This document shows positions 9,645 through 18,305 of a stretch of DNA of 36,618 nucleotides, piece by piece; within the stretch, counting starts at the first letter, position 1; every line of letters begins with the position of its first letter. Below the pieces are notes generated by a model, which was not told the origin of the DNA, did not search any database, and worked only from the letters and a program-made list of their open reading frames with translations. The position numbers were made by a program, and so were the translations under genes. This DNA comes from Candidatus Hermodarchaeota archaeon (GTDB lineage: Archaea; Asgardarchaeota; Hermodarchaeia; Hermodarchaeales; Hermodarchaeaceae). Location of the stretch: the NCBI GenBank assembly GCA_016839365.1, contig JAEOUH010000028.1:1-36618 (forward strand), read 5' to 3'.

Positions 9645-10706
9645 TTAGAGAGCTTTGAGGTTCTTGACAAGACAATCGGGAGGACATGCACCCTTTTTGA
9701 TACGATAGTGTGGACATATGACTGAGCCTGGAGGGATAACTGCGCCGGTGTCAAGAATGGCCCCGTCACCAATGATGGTGTACTTGTCTAGTGTTAACGC
9801 TTTCCCGATGATGGCACCATGACCAACGATTGACTGGTGAATGGTTACCTCTGCGCCAATGATGGCATCATCGAATATGACCGCGTTGGAGATCTTTGTA
9901 TTGTTGCCTATAGTGACGTGGTTGCCAATAGTGACATCGGAGGCAATCTGAGCTGAAGAGGCGATTTTCGTGTCTTCTCCGATCTGTGGCGTTTTTCCGA
10001 TTTTTCCACGCAGGGCATGGTGGGCTTCAAGGAAGGAGGCGGGGGTACCAGTGTCAACCCAGATTCCGTGGTGTTCCCAACCGTAGACGGGAGCGGATTG
10101 GCAAAGTTGAGGGAATACGTCGTATTCGATTGACACTTCTTGATCAGGGGGAATCTGTTCCAGGATGGTGGAATCGAGTACATAACAGCCCGCGTTGATA
10201 AGATTACTGGGGGCTTGACGGGGAGGTGGTTTTTCAACAAATTGGTGTATTTGTCCATTGGTGGTGATATCAACGACTCCATAACGACTAGGATCTTCGA
10301 CACGATACAAGGCAATCGTGGCCACGGCTTGGTGTTCTTGGTGATATTGGAGCATATGATTATATGCCATATCCGAGACAATATCACCGTTTAAAACGAG
10401 AAACCGTTCAACGTCTTGTAAGTAGGGTTCAGCGTGTTTTATCGCCCCCGCGGTTCCCAGGGGTTGGGGTTCAACAGAAAAGTGCAAGGTCACCTCGGAG
10501 TTGGCGCTATTCTCAAGCCCGCTTCGGAGTTGCTCAGTATTATAGCCGGTTGCTAGGATAACCTCATTGATTCCTGATTTGGTGAGTTGACTGATGATGT
10601 ACCCGATGAGTGTGGATTCGGCAAGGGGGAGGAGTTGTTTGGGGCGCGTACACGTTAGGGAGCGGAGGCGTGTACCAAATCCGCCGGCAAGGATGAGGGC
10701 TTTCAT
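9645..10706 (-). CDS. NDP-sugar pyrophosphorylase (mannose-1-phosphate guanylyltransferase-like) with C-terminal hexapeptide beta-helix
   Basis: MKALILAGGFGTRLR.LT..RPKQLLP, EPQPLGTAGAIK, LNGDI, VEDPSRYGVV, FVEKP, INAG.Y, SIE.DVFP, W.DTGTP. The pattern resembles GDP-mannose pyrophosphorylases; substrate not proven. Confidence 0.9.
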   Translation of the reverse strand: MKALILAGGFGTRLRSLTCTRPKQLLPLAESTLIGYIISQLTKSGINEVILATGYNTEQLRSGLENSANSEVTLHFSVEPQPLGTAGAIKHAEPYLQDVERFLVLNGDIVSDMAYNHMLQYHQEHQAVATIALYRVEDPSRYGVVDITTNGQIHQFVEKPPPRQAPSNLINAGCYVLDSTILEQIPPDQEVSIEYDVFPQLCQSAPVYGWEHHGIWVDTGTPASFLEAHHALRGKIGKTPQIGEDTKIASSAQIASDVTIGNHVTIGNNTKISNAVIFDDAIIGAEVTIHQSIVGHGAIIGKALTLDKYTIIGDGAILDTGAVIPPGSVICPHYRIKKGACPPDCLVKNLKAL

Positions 10707-10863
10707 TGGTTTTCTTCCGAGATTTGTTTTGGATTGTGAGCCATAAGTATTTATGTGGTTGGTGATTCATCTGTTCTAAGGATTGGGCTGCCTGTGGGTA
10801 AGACTTAAGAATAAAGCCTTATCAAGGCAGTCGCATATTCCCTATCATAAGGGGTAACCGATT

Positions 10864-11202
10864 ATGGCACGAGATAAAATCTATGGTTTCCTCATTCTCC
10901 TCTTCGCGATTCTAGTTCTACTTTATTACACCTATTGGGCATTAATCTATCCTTTCATGTTCTACACAGTCTATCCATCCTTCACGGGAGCATTTCCTGA
11001 TCTTTCTGGTCATCCGTGGTATCCATTCTTCGGCTGGATTCCAGTTCTGGCGGAGCCCTATTGGGCTGTGGCAATTCCGATATGGCTGGCGATTGTGCTT
11101 GTACTCTTCATTGTGGCTTGGATTGGTTGGACCATGCTTACGACTCCACCCCCGATTCCCCTTGAAGAAATTGAGGAAGAAGAGGAAGCAAAAGAAGAGT
11201 AA
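10864..11202 (+). CDS. Small two-TM protein resembling PIG-P and DPM2
   Basis: DKIYGF...YYTYWALIYPF ... PYWAVAIP ... GWTMLTTPPP, acidic tail; GGGGT SD-like motif upstream. Family resemblance from recalled eukaryotic sequences. Confidence 0.7.
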   Translation: MARDKIYGFLILLFAILVLLYYTYWALIYPFMFYTVYPSFTGAFPDLSGHPWYPFFGWIPVLAEPYWAVAIPIWLAIVLVLFIVAWIGWTMLTTPPPIPLEEIEEEEEAKEE

Positions 11203-11295
11203 ACCACAAACCGTCGAGCATCGGCTGTCTCCCAAGTGGGAGACAACCCTTCTTTCTTTTCCCTGTCAACTGTCTGCCAAAAATATGAGTGAAGA

Positions 11296-11529
11296 TTAGG
11301 TTTCGGGAGGTTGATCGCCAGTCAAGACTTCGCGCCAGAGCTCGAGGCTTTCTTCGGCTTCTTTTCGATCCATTTTTTGGATGGCATAACCAGTATGAAC
11401 AATGACATAGTCTCCCGGCTCAAGCTTCTCTAAGAGGGCTATGGAGACGGAGCGTTTCACGCCACCGAAATCGACGATGGCAGTGTTGTCTTTTACGCTG
11501 ACCACCTGGGCAGGGATGGCAAGACACAT
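11296..11529 (-). CDS. hypC: [NiFe]-hydrogenase maturation chaperone HypC/HupF
   Basis: MCLAIPAQV, VDFGGVKR.V...L, GDYVIVHTGYAI.K.D..EA.ESL. Confidence 0.96.
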   Translation of the reverse strand: MCLAIPAQVVSVKDNTAIVDFGGVKRSVSIALLEKLEPGDYVIVHTGYAIQKMDRKEAEESLELWREVLTGDQPPET

Positions 11530-11597
11530 GATCATTCACTGCATAGTGTGTGGAGGCGGATGCTTCTTAAGCATTCTTGCGTTGCTAGAAGAATAAC

Positions 11598-12563
11598 GTG
11601 ATTAGGGTGACGATCAGCGACGCCCACCGATTAGCTAAAAAGTATGGGTACAAAGCGTTCATGGTTGAGCGGTATCTAGCCCTCTTCAAGGACCAAACGG
11701 ACCAATTTCTTCAAGGAAATGACCAGGAGTTCCCTAAAGCCATTCGCGTGAACACGCTCGCAATACCGATTCCGGAGGAGAAAAAGCGGTTAGAAGCCAA
11801 GGGATTTGACTTGGCACCGATTGATGGGCTAGCGTATGCGTTCCATGTACTCGAGTCACCGTTGGCTTTGGGAGCGACAACCGAATATTTGTTGGGTCAC
11901 TATATGTTGCAGAGTCCAGCTTCGATGTGGGCTGTTGAAGTTTTAGGACCACGTGGTGACCAGCTGGTAGTAGATATGTGCGCGGCCCCCGGGGGTAAAA
12001 CAACGCTCGTTGCACAGTTGATGAAAAATCAAGGAGCCATTGTTGCGACGGATATCAGCCGTAACCGAATTCGAAGCCTTCGATCGAACCTATCACGAAT
12101 GCGGGTGGAAAACAGCTTGGTGATGCGGATGGATGCAGCCCAATTACCTGATTTGGGGTTACAAGCGGATGCTGTCCTGCTAGATGCTCCGTGCACCGGT
12201 GAGGGATTAATCCCCTTAGATCCATCGCGAAAACAGAGTCGAACCCCTGCCGATTACACAACCCTAGCCCAGGTTCAGCAGAAACTAATCGTTGCAGGAG
12301 CTAAGCTGCTCCGTAAGGGTGGCGTCCTGGTTTATTCAACATGTTCGTTTGCTCCTGAGGAAAATGAGGAAATCATTGATTTTGCCCTACAAGAGTGTTC
12401 TTTACGGATTATTTCGACGAATTTACCGTTTGGCGATTCCGGGTTAACCACCTTTTTTGGTCGCGAGGTTGATGCGTCGCTACGATTAGCCCGACGGTTT
12501 TATCCCTATAAGCATGGGATGGAGGGTTTCTTTATTTGCAAAATGGAAAAACAAGCCGCCTGA
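11598..12563 (+). CDS. NOL1/NOP2/Sun family RNA m5C methyltransferase (Nop2-like)
   Basis: IRVNTL, LGATTEYLLGHY.LQ..AS, DMCAAPGGKTT, LLDAPCTGEG, LVYSTCS..PEENE, RFYP..HGMEGFFI. Confidence 0.95.
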   Translation: MIRVTISDAHRLAKKYGYKAFMVERYLALFKDQTDQFLQGNDQEFPKAIRVNTLAIPIPEEKKRLEAKGFDLAPIDGLAYAFHVLESPLALGATTEYLLGHYMLQSPASMWAVEVLGPRGDQLVVDMCAAPGGKTTLVAQLMKNQGAIVATDISRNRIRSLRSNLSRMRVENSLVMRMDAAQLPDLGLQADAVLLDAPCTGEGLIPLDPSRKQSRTPADYTTLAQVQQKLIVAGAKLLRKGGVLVYSTCSFAPEENEEIIDFALQECSLRIISTNLPFGDSGLTTFFGREVDASLRLARRFYPYKHGMEGFFICKMEKQAA

Positions 12564-13078
12564 TCTTCGGTCCCCCAAGTGAGGAAGAAACTCGGCAAAT
12601 CCGCCAAGGCCTGGTTCCCTTTATCTCAGAGGAGGCTGTTAATCGCCTTCTTGAAAAGAACCGATTGCTTCTAGGAAGAGGACGACGCAACGAGGTTTTC
12701 GTCGTATCCTCCCCGTTATGGAAGCTCTATGAACAGGTCCTGCCCAGACATCCCTATTTTATCGGCATTTTTCTGGGGGAGCTCCGAAAAGGAGAACTTT
12801 TACCAAGCCTGCATGTTCTGAATTATTTGAGTAGCAATATCAGACCAGAAGCGAAAATCTTAGCAGATGATAAAGGTGAACAACGATTCTTGTATGGTCA
12901 CTCACTTGCAACATCTGAGTTTGTTGGTCAAGATCTGAGTTCCGTGAAGTCGGGATCAGTGGTTGTTTTAAATGCGAAGGGGGAGGGATTAGGCTACGGG
13001 CACTTGACGAAATCAGGAGTTAAGACGCAGGTCAAAAATCGACTAGACTTAGGCTGGTATCTTCGCCGTGGTCGCTAG
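12536..13078 (+). CDS. NIP7-like ribosome biogenesis protein (PUA domain)
   Basis: PYFIGIFLGE, KGEQRFLYG, VVVLN..GE.LGYG, DLGWYLRRG; adjacent to nop2-like gene. Start uncertain. Confidence 0.85.
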   Translation: MQNGKTSRLIFGPPSEEETRQIRQGLVPFISEEAVNRLLEKNRLLLGRGRRNEVFVVSSPLWKLYEQVLPRHPYFIGIFLGELRKGELLPSLHVLNYLSSNIRPEAKILADDKGEQRFLYGHSLATSEFVGQDLSSVKSGSVVVLNAKGEGLGYGHLTKSGVKTQVKNRLDLGWYLRRGR

Positions 13079-13161
13079 ACCGTCTTCTTGAATCTTATGT
13101 GGACTAGCCTGGTTAAGAAATGGATGGAGAAGTAGGGATTATGTGTGTGCCCCTTAGATGG

Positions 13162-13470
13162 TTAGCCAAAGAGGGCGCCAAGACCGGCTACTTCTTCAGG
13201 CTTTTCTTCCTCTTCTTCTTCTTTCTTGGGCTTCTTTTCTGCGGGCTTATCAGCTGGAGCAGCAGCAGGGGCGGCTGCGGGAGCCGCGGCAGCGATGGGG
13301 ACAGCTTTGATAGCCTCATCGATGTTGATGTCTTTGAGTGTGGCGACGAGGGCTTTGATACGGCCTTCATCGGGTGTTACGCCTGCGGCTTCGAGCACCT
13401 TGGTTAGACCGGCAGCGGAGACTTTTTTGCCCGCCTTGTGAAGGAGCATTGCACTGTATATGTATTCCAT
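13162..13470 (-). CDS. rpl12p: 50S ribosomal stalk protein P1/L12
   Basis: [15 protein letters not shown], Ala-rich hinge, EEEEEE..GLGALFG. Confidence 0.98.
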   Translation of the reverse strand: MEYIYSAMLLHKAGKKVSAAGLTKVLEAAGVTPDEGRIKALVATLKDINIDEAIKAVPIAAAAPAAAPAAAPADKPAEKKPKKEEEEEEKPEEVAGLGALFG

Positions 13471-13575
13471 TTTTCGTTCGTCCTCCGTGTTTCTTGGGGA
13501 AGACAGGGGCGTTACCTGTGAGGGGGAACGCTCTGTTGTGGCGTATTTTAATCTTTTGTCTTCATTACACCAGGT

Positions 13576-14502
13576 TTAGTTCGGCAGGGCATCCGGATTC
13601 TTATTCCGGATTGCCTGCACAAGTGCAGTGGCACTTTGCTCTGCTTGCGCTAGGATTTGCTCAGTCGTTTCATCAGTGAGGATTGCAGCAAAGAGAGAAA
13701 GGCTTCGACTTTCTTGGACCACCTTCTGTAACAGGAATGGCAAAGTCTCTTCGCTGATATAGTTCGCTGTCAGGGCAAGCGCCAATGCCTCTTGACCAGC
13801 AATAGTAAGTTGATCGACCACGTCGCTTCTCGAAATTTTGAAGACATCCGCAGAGAGGATGAGCCCATTATCGTAAGCAACGACCAGATGGAGTACAATT
13901 TCGTATGGTTCTAGGCCTAGTCGGGATAAGACGAGGGCTTGTTCCCGAGAAACAGTTTCACCGGCTTTCACGATGACATGGTCTTGGGTAATCCAGATGG
14001 ATCCGCCTTGAATGCGAGTTTTGAGCCCCACTTGACCGAGCTCAGAGATCAGGGGTCCGGGTGGAAATCCAGTATTTCCAGCTTCGATTGTGATGTCGAT
14101 GGGGGAAACGGTTCCTGCCTTAGCTGGGGCTTTGGCTTTGTTTTGTTGGAGTAGATCGCTGAGTTCAAAGGGGCTAATGTCAGTGAAGGCAAAGGCACTG
14201 GACCCTACAACATAGGGGATAAGCTTATCAAGATTCTTTTTCTCGGTTGCCGCTTGCTCGAGGGCTCGGATCATTAGTGCATTCCGTGCCATGTGGATAT
14301 TGGCGGTGTCCCGGAGAACCTTTTTGATGGTTTGGAATTGTTTTGACCCAATCTGTTCGGTGCGAAGCAAAGAGATATAGTCATACTTTTTGAGCAGGGA
14401 CACGAGGTGAGCAACCTCAGCGAGCTTCGCTTTAGGAACGGGACGTCCTTTACTGGTATGGGGAACAGCAGCAGTTGGCGAAGATTCTTGTTTTGCACTC
14501 AT
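13576..14502 (-). CDS. rplP0: 50S ribosomal protein uL10 (P0)
   Basis: APAKAG..SP.DI.I.AGNTGFPPGP.ISEL..VGL.TRIQGG.I; position in the L11-L1-L10-L12 cluster. Lacks the usual acidic GLGxLFG tail. Confidence 0.96.
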   Translation of the reverse strand: MSAKQESSPTAAVPHTSKGRPVPKAKLAEVAHLVSLLKKYDYISLLRTEQIGSKQFQTIKKVLRDTANIHMARNALMIRALEQAATEKKNLDKLIPYVVGSSAFAFTDISPFELSDLLQQNKAKAPAKAGTVSPIDITIEAGNTGFPPGPLISELGQVGLKTRIQGGSIWITQDHVIVKAGETVSREQALVLSRLGLEPYEIVLHLVVAYDNGLILSADVFKISRSDVVDQLTIAGQEALALALTANYISEETLPFLLQKVVQESRSLSLFAAILTDETTEQILAQAEQSATALVQAIRNKNPDALPN

Positions 14503-14519
14503 AATGTGTCACCGTCTTG

Positions 14520-15170
14520 TTATATCTGAATCTGGAATGGGGGTCCCATAGTGGTTTTGGTGAAGATTTTGTCAATATTTTGCATACCGCGCTCAAGGTT
14601 CCTTTCAAGCGAGGTGACTACAGCTTGGATATTCTCAGCGACAATCTTGGGCTGCATCGATCGCTTACCAACTTTGGCTTGAACGACCAGGTTCTTGCGC
14701 ATTCGGAGTTTGACGGATGAAGAGAATTCTGAGAGGAGATTTGTGACGTCGGTGTCAGGAGAGACAGGGCGTGGCATCTTTCCACGTGGACCAAGAAAAG
14801 GACCCAAGACCCGACCTACGAGTGGCATCATATCAGCTTGAGCAATGAAAAAATCAATTTCCTCAGCTAATGCCTTTGCTGCATCCTTATTTGCCTCTAA
14901 CTGTTCGATATCTTCTACTTCCAAGACATGCGCTGCACCCGAATTTCGAGCGTTAAAAGCAAAATTTCCAGAACCTATAACCGCAACCTTGACACCCTGA
15001 CCGGTACTATGGGGGAGAGTGACATCAACATTGAGCTGTTTACCACCTTTTTTGAGGTCAATGCCCTTCAAGTTCACGATGACTTCCATGGCCTCTTCGA
15101 ACTTGCGCTTCTTCGACTGCGTTTGCGCTTCGCTGACCGCAGAGACAATATTGTCCAGCTTCAATGACAT
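14520..15170 (-). CDS. rpl1: 50S ribosomal protein uL1
   Basis: KKRKF.E..E..VNLKGIDLKK, DFFIAQADMMP.VGR.LGP.LGPRGKMP, KTTMGP. Confidence 0.97.
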   Translation of the reverse strand: MSLKLDNIVSAVSEAQTQSKKRKFEEAMEVIVNLKGIDLKKGGKQLNVDVTLPHSTGQGVKVAVIGSGNFAFNARNSGAAHVLEVEDIEQLEANKDAAKALAEEIDFFIAQADMMPLVGRVLGPFLGPRGKMPRPVSPDTDVTNLLSEFSSSVKLRMRKNLVVQAKVGKRSMQPKIVAENIQAVVTSLERNLERGMQNIDKIFTKTTMGPPFQIQI

Positions 15171-15187
15171 CCTTGATTTCACCTGGT

Positions 15188-15670
15188 TTATCCTTGTAGT
15201 TTATCGGCATGGGCGCCTTCATCAATTTCCTTTTGAACTGACCGGGCATCCATTCCATCCACAGTGACACCCATACTTACGCAAGTACCAAGTACCGATT
15301 TCACACGATTCGCAAGCGAACTACCCAACAGGTCATTCTCCTTTGCACGGGCAACCTTCACCACTTTATCAAAGGAAATGTCACCGGTGATTTCTGTCCC
15401 AGTTGCACCAGTACCCTTCTCAACACCCACCTCCTTGATAATCAACGCGGAGGTTGGAGGAAGACCGATGGTGATCTCAAATTCTTTGGTATCGTCATCC
15501 ACAACAATGGTGACCGGAACCTTCAGCCCTTTCAGGTCTTCTGTCTGCCTGTTGATTTCTTGGACAATCTGATACAAGTTAGCCCCGGTCGGTCCTAGGA
15601 TTGGGGCGATGGGGGGTCCAGCTGATGCTTTTCCGCCTTCTACGAGGGCTTCACAGATGACTTTGCCCAT
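15188..15670 (-). CDS. rpl11: 50S ribosomal protein uL11
   Basis: VEGGKASAGPP..P.LGP.G, GLKVPV, PPTSALI.KE.G, VLGTC.SMGVTVDG. Confidence 0.98.
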   Translation of the reverse strand: MGKVICEALVEGGKASAGPPIAPILGPTGANLYQIVQEINRQTEDLKGLKVPVTIVVDDDTKEFEITIGLPPTSALIIKEVGVEKGTGATGTEITGDISFDKVVKVARAKENDLLGSSLANRVKSVLGTCVSMGVTVDGMDARSVQKEIDEGAHADKLQG

Positions 15671-15750
15671 TGGTGGTTTCTCCTCTTGTATGGATTCAGC
15701 TCCTTGAACTTGAGGCAGTTTTTAAATGTTCTGCTGCTACGCGGAGGAAT

Positions 15751-15981
15751 TCACTCTCGGCGACGAATGTAGTAGATGCCGAAGATGAGAATGCTGAGGA
15801 AAAATGCTAGATGTGCGAGGGCATAACCAATGATGATTGGTAATATGAAAGCTGGTCCAAGAAAGATGAGGGCAAGGACCATAAGGGAATTTGATAAGAT
15901 GAATCCTGCAAAGAGGATGAGAATGATCCACATTTCTTTTGAGAGCCGTTGTGATGACTGTTTGTGCTCATTCATCTGCAT
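15751..15981 (-). CDS. Small two-TM hypothetical protein (~76 aa)
   Basis: C-terminal part of track ORF 15751..16158; ATG at 15981 behind AGGTG; two hydrophobic helices and RRRE tail. Confidence 0.55.
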   Translation of the reverse strand: MQMNEHKQSSQRLSKEMWIILILFAGFILSNSLMVLALIFLGPAFILPIIIGYALAHLAFFLSILIFGIYYIRRRE

Positions 15982-16016
15982 GACACCTGTTACGCTTTCT
16001 CCTGAAGGCTTCGATG

Positions 16017-16184
16017 CTAGCCATTTAGTAGTTTTGGTATGAGTTTGGGTTTTAGATATTTTGTGCAAAGCATGGCAGTGATTGCCATTAACAAGGTCAG
16101 AATTGCAAATGCAATAACTAAAGCTGAACGAAATATGAAGTATCGGGTAGTACCCCATTTCGTGAACAACCCTTCCTCAACCAT
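16017..16184 (-). CDS. Single-TM micro-protein (55 aa), not in ORF track
   Basis: Manual translation MVEEGLFTKWGTTRYFIFRSALVIAFAILTLLMAITAMLCTKYLKPKLIPKLLNG*, GTGAGG SD-like motif upstream, one TM flanked by basic residues. Confidence 0.5.
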   Translation of the reverse strand: MVEEGLFTKWGTTRYFIFRSALVIAFAILTLLMAITAMLCTKYLKPKLIPKLLNG

Positions 16185-16344
16185 TATCTGCCCTCACTGA
16201 TTGCAAGTAATTCTGATAATTAATACTTATTTTCCTCTCTAATTATCTTCATTAATTTGACCAAAATGGGTAAATGGATAGTGCTTGTAAGAACGCACAA
16301 TAAGTTTTAATTATGACAGAATTAGTCTGACGTAGGGATACTCA

Positions 16345-16542
16345 ATGAGTCTTGGAGGCATTTTGAGTTTTGCTGCTGGTGGTGCATCGTTTGTGGTGGC
16401 CATTGGCTTTGTTGTGAGCGATGCGTTGCATGCGACGATTGGTGGGGGCTTCTTTTATGGAGCCTTATTTGGATTTCTTGCGTTCTTACTCATGGGTGTA
16501 GGATTATATGCCATCCTACGATCTTTGAACTCAGACAAGTAA
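16345..16542 (+). CDS. Small Gly-rich two-TM hypothetical protein (65 aa)
   Basis: ORF track; two hydrophobic segments; TTTTAATTA TATA-like box at ~16305. Confidence 0.6.
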   Translation: MSLGGILSFAAGGASFVVAIGFVVSDALHATIGGGFFYGALFGFLAFLLMGVGLYAILRSLNSDK

Positions 16543-16619
16543 GTTTCAGCTGAACAAGTAAAACTAATTGCTTCATGGAAAAGTCGAGCTGACCCAGGGG
16601 TGGAGTTGACACTACGTCG

Positions 16620-17120
16620 TTAGAGTTCGAGAAGTTCTTCTTCCTCTTCTTCGAGGTCTTCGGTAGGACGTCGTTCGACGATGCGGAGGAAATCGGCGTG
16701 GACCTTCACCGGAATGGGTGAGGGAGCCTCGAAGAGTTCGAGGGTGATTTCGTCCTTTGAGGTGTCGATACGCATGACGCGGGCACGTTCTCCCTTGAAG
16801 GGACCACCGGTGATTTCGACGATGGCGCCGATTTCGAGATCTTCGGTAGGGGGTCGGGGAACGAGGATGTGTTCGATTTCGTCGATGAGGATTTTACCAG
16901 GGATAATCCCCTTGATGTGGGGGATTCCGGCGATGGCGATCTCAACTTCCCGAGGACTACGCGCTTCAATAAAGATATACCCCTTCAGGGGTTCGGGGAC
17001 AAGAATGGCTTTGAGGTCGACTTGTCGTTTGCTAACTCGACCTGAGATGACGTGGGCAATACCCTTCTCTTGTCCGATGGTGGTTCTCACGATGTAAATG
17101 TTGGTCGTTTCCTCTGCCAT
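16620..17120 (-). CDS. spt5: Transcription elongation factor Spt5/NusG
   Basis: IY.VRTT.GQE, LKGYIFIEA (NGN domain); G.IVEITGGPFKGERARV (KOW domain). Confidence 0.98.
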   Translation of the reverse strand: MAEETTNIYIVRTTIGQEKGIAHVISGRVSKRQVDLKAILVPEPLKGYIFIEARSPREVEIAIAGIPHIKGIIPGKILIDEIEHILVPRPPTEDLEIGAIVEITGGPFKGERARVMRIDTSKDEITLELFEAPSPIPVKVHADFLRIVERRPTEDLEEEEEELLEL

Positions 17121-17161
17121 TCAGTGCACATCCCTAATCTAGTATTCCTCAGTGTTTGATC

Positions 17162-17350
17162 TTAACCGCCAAAGGCGGCGGTGGTGACGACGGTCATGAT
17201 AAGGCGAATGATGTAGCCAACAGCTCCGATGACAAAGAGACCGAGCATACTGAGTTTGAATTGCATCCAGATTTCTTTGCGGGATGGTCGTTGGGAGAGC
17301 TGGGCGATGCGCTTTGTGTTTTCCCAGAATTGTGCTACACGCTGTGACAT
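17162..17350 (-). CDS. secE: Protein translocase subunit SecE/Sec61gamma
   Basis: RI..L..RPS.KE......L..LG..VIG.VGYII; directly upstream of spt5. Confidence 0.92.
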   Translation of the reverse strand: MSQRVAQFWENTKRIAQLSQRPSRKEIWMQFKLSMLGLFVIGAVGYIIRLIMTVVTTAAFGG

Positions 17351-17440
17351 GTTTTTTCACCTAAAGTCAACTAGAGGTCTTGGGCAGTCTCATCTTTCCT
17401 CTCTTAATAAGTCTTTTCGCATTCGCACATCACCCTACGA

Positions 17441-18283
17441 CTACTCAGTCGCTTGCCGAATGAGATTGTGGATCCGTTCGACATGTAATCCCAAGGATTC
17501 GGCGATATTGATGACCTGCTCTCGTTGGTTTCCCTTCATTCCCTTCCAGTCTAAAGCGGCATAGGTGGGCTTGGGAGAGCTTCGTTCGATAGCATGGCTA
17601 ACAAGCGATTCAGATAGGTCATTTAAGTGATATTTGGGAATTACATGCGAGACTGCAAAGTCGGTTTCAAGATTTAGTCGTGTAAACCCTGGACAGTAAT
17701 GGGGACCACCGAAACCTAGTACGGCCAGATAGGGTGTCGAGTATCGCTGGGCAACGGATACTATTGTGCGTGCAACAATCTCGGCAGCAGTGGGATTTTG
17801 CCATTCTTGTTCAGTGCTGCCAATCTCGATATAGAGAACGGGCGTGGTATCAATGAAAGGACCGTGGTGAGTGGCTTCTAGTCCACATGCCCAGTTATGT
17901 AGTCCTAATCGATGTTGTTCGGAGCTGAGGGTGTGTAATGCGACTTTCATGGCGGATGGCGGTGCGATGCACAGGGTAGATGCTTTTCCTCCCAATTCTG
18001 CACCAGCCCAATTGCCTGGAATATGGGTAAGGAGCGCTGGTTGGAAAGCAGCGGATTTATGGCGGGAAGCAAAAATGAAAAGATCAGCAGAAAAATCATC
18101 GTCGAGGTTGTCAGAATGGATACTATCTTTTTCAAGAGTGACGAGGGAGAGCTGATCAAGTTGGTGGATTGCCTGGTTATCATATGTGTCAGACGTTTTG
18201 TTGAACGGATAGAGGTTGAGGAGCTGACGTTTGATGTTTTGAGCTGCGAGATCTTGCTGTGAACAGAAACAAATCACAGACAC
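17441..18283 (-). CDS. dtdA: D-aminoacyl-tRNA deacylase (archaeal DTD2/GEK1)
   Basis: FASRHKS...PALLTH.PGN, EATHHGP, IEIGSTE.EW, GFGGPHY.P.F, DWKG.KG. GTG start at 18283. Confidence 0.95.
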   Translation of the reverse strand: MSVICFCSQQDLAAQNIKRQLLNLYPFNKTSDTYDNQAIHQLDQLSLVTLEKDSIHSDNLDDDFSADLFIFASRHKSAAFQPALLTHIPGNWAGAELGGKASTLCIAPPSAMKVALHTLSSEQHRLGLHNWACGLEATHHGPFIDTTPVLYIEIGSTEQEWQNPTAAEIVARTIVSVAQRYSTPYLAVLGFGGPHYCPGFTRLNLETDFAVSHVIPKYHLNDLSESLVSHAIERSSPKPTYAALDWKGMKGNQREQVINIAESLGLHVERIHNLIRQATE

Positions 18284-18305
18284 GGTGCCTGACCTCGAAG
18301 AGATG

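Noticed and set aside
15751-16158. 135-aa ORF as given in the track
   Set aside because: The N-terminal ~59 aa overlap a better 55-aa TM ORF in another frame; a later start with SD is more plausible.
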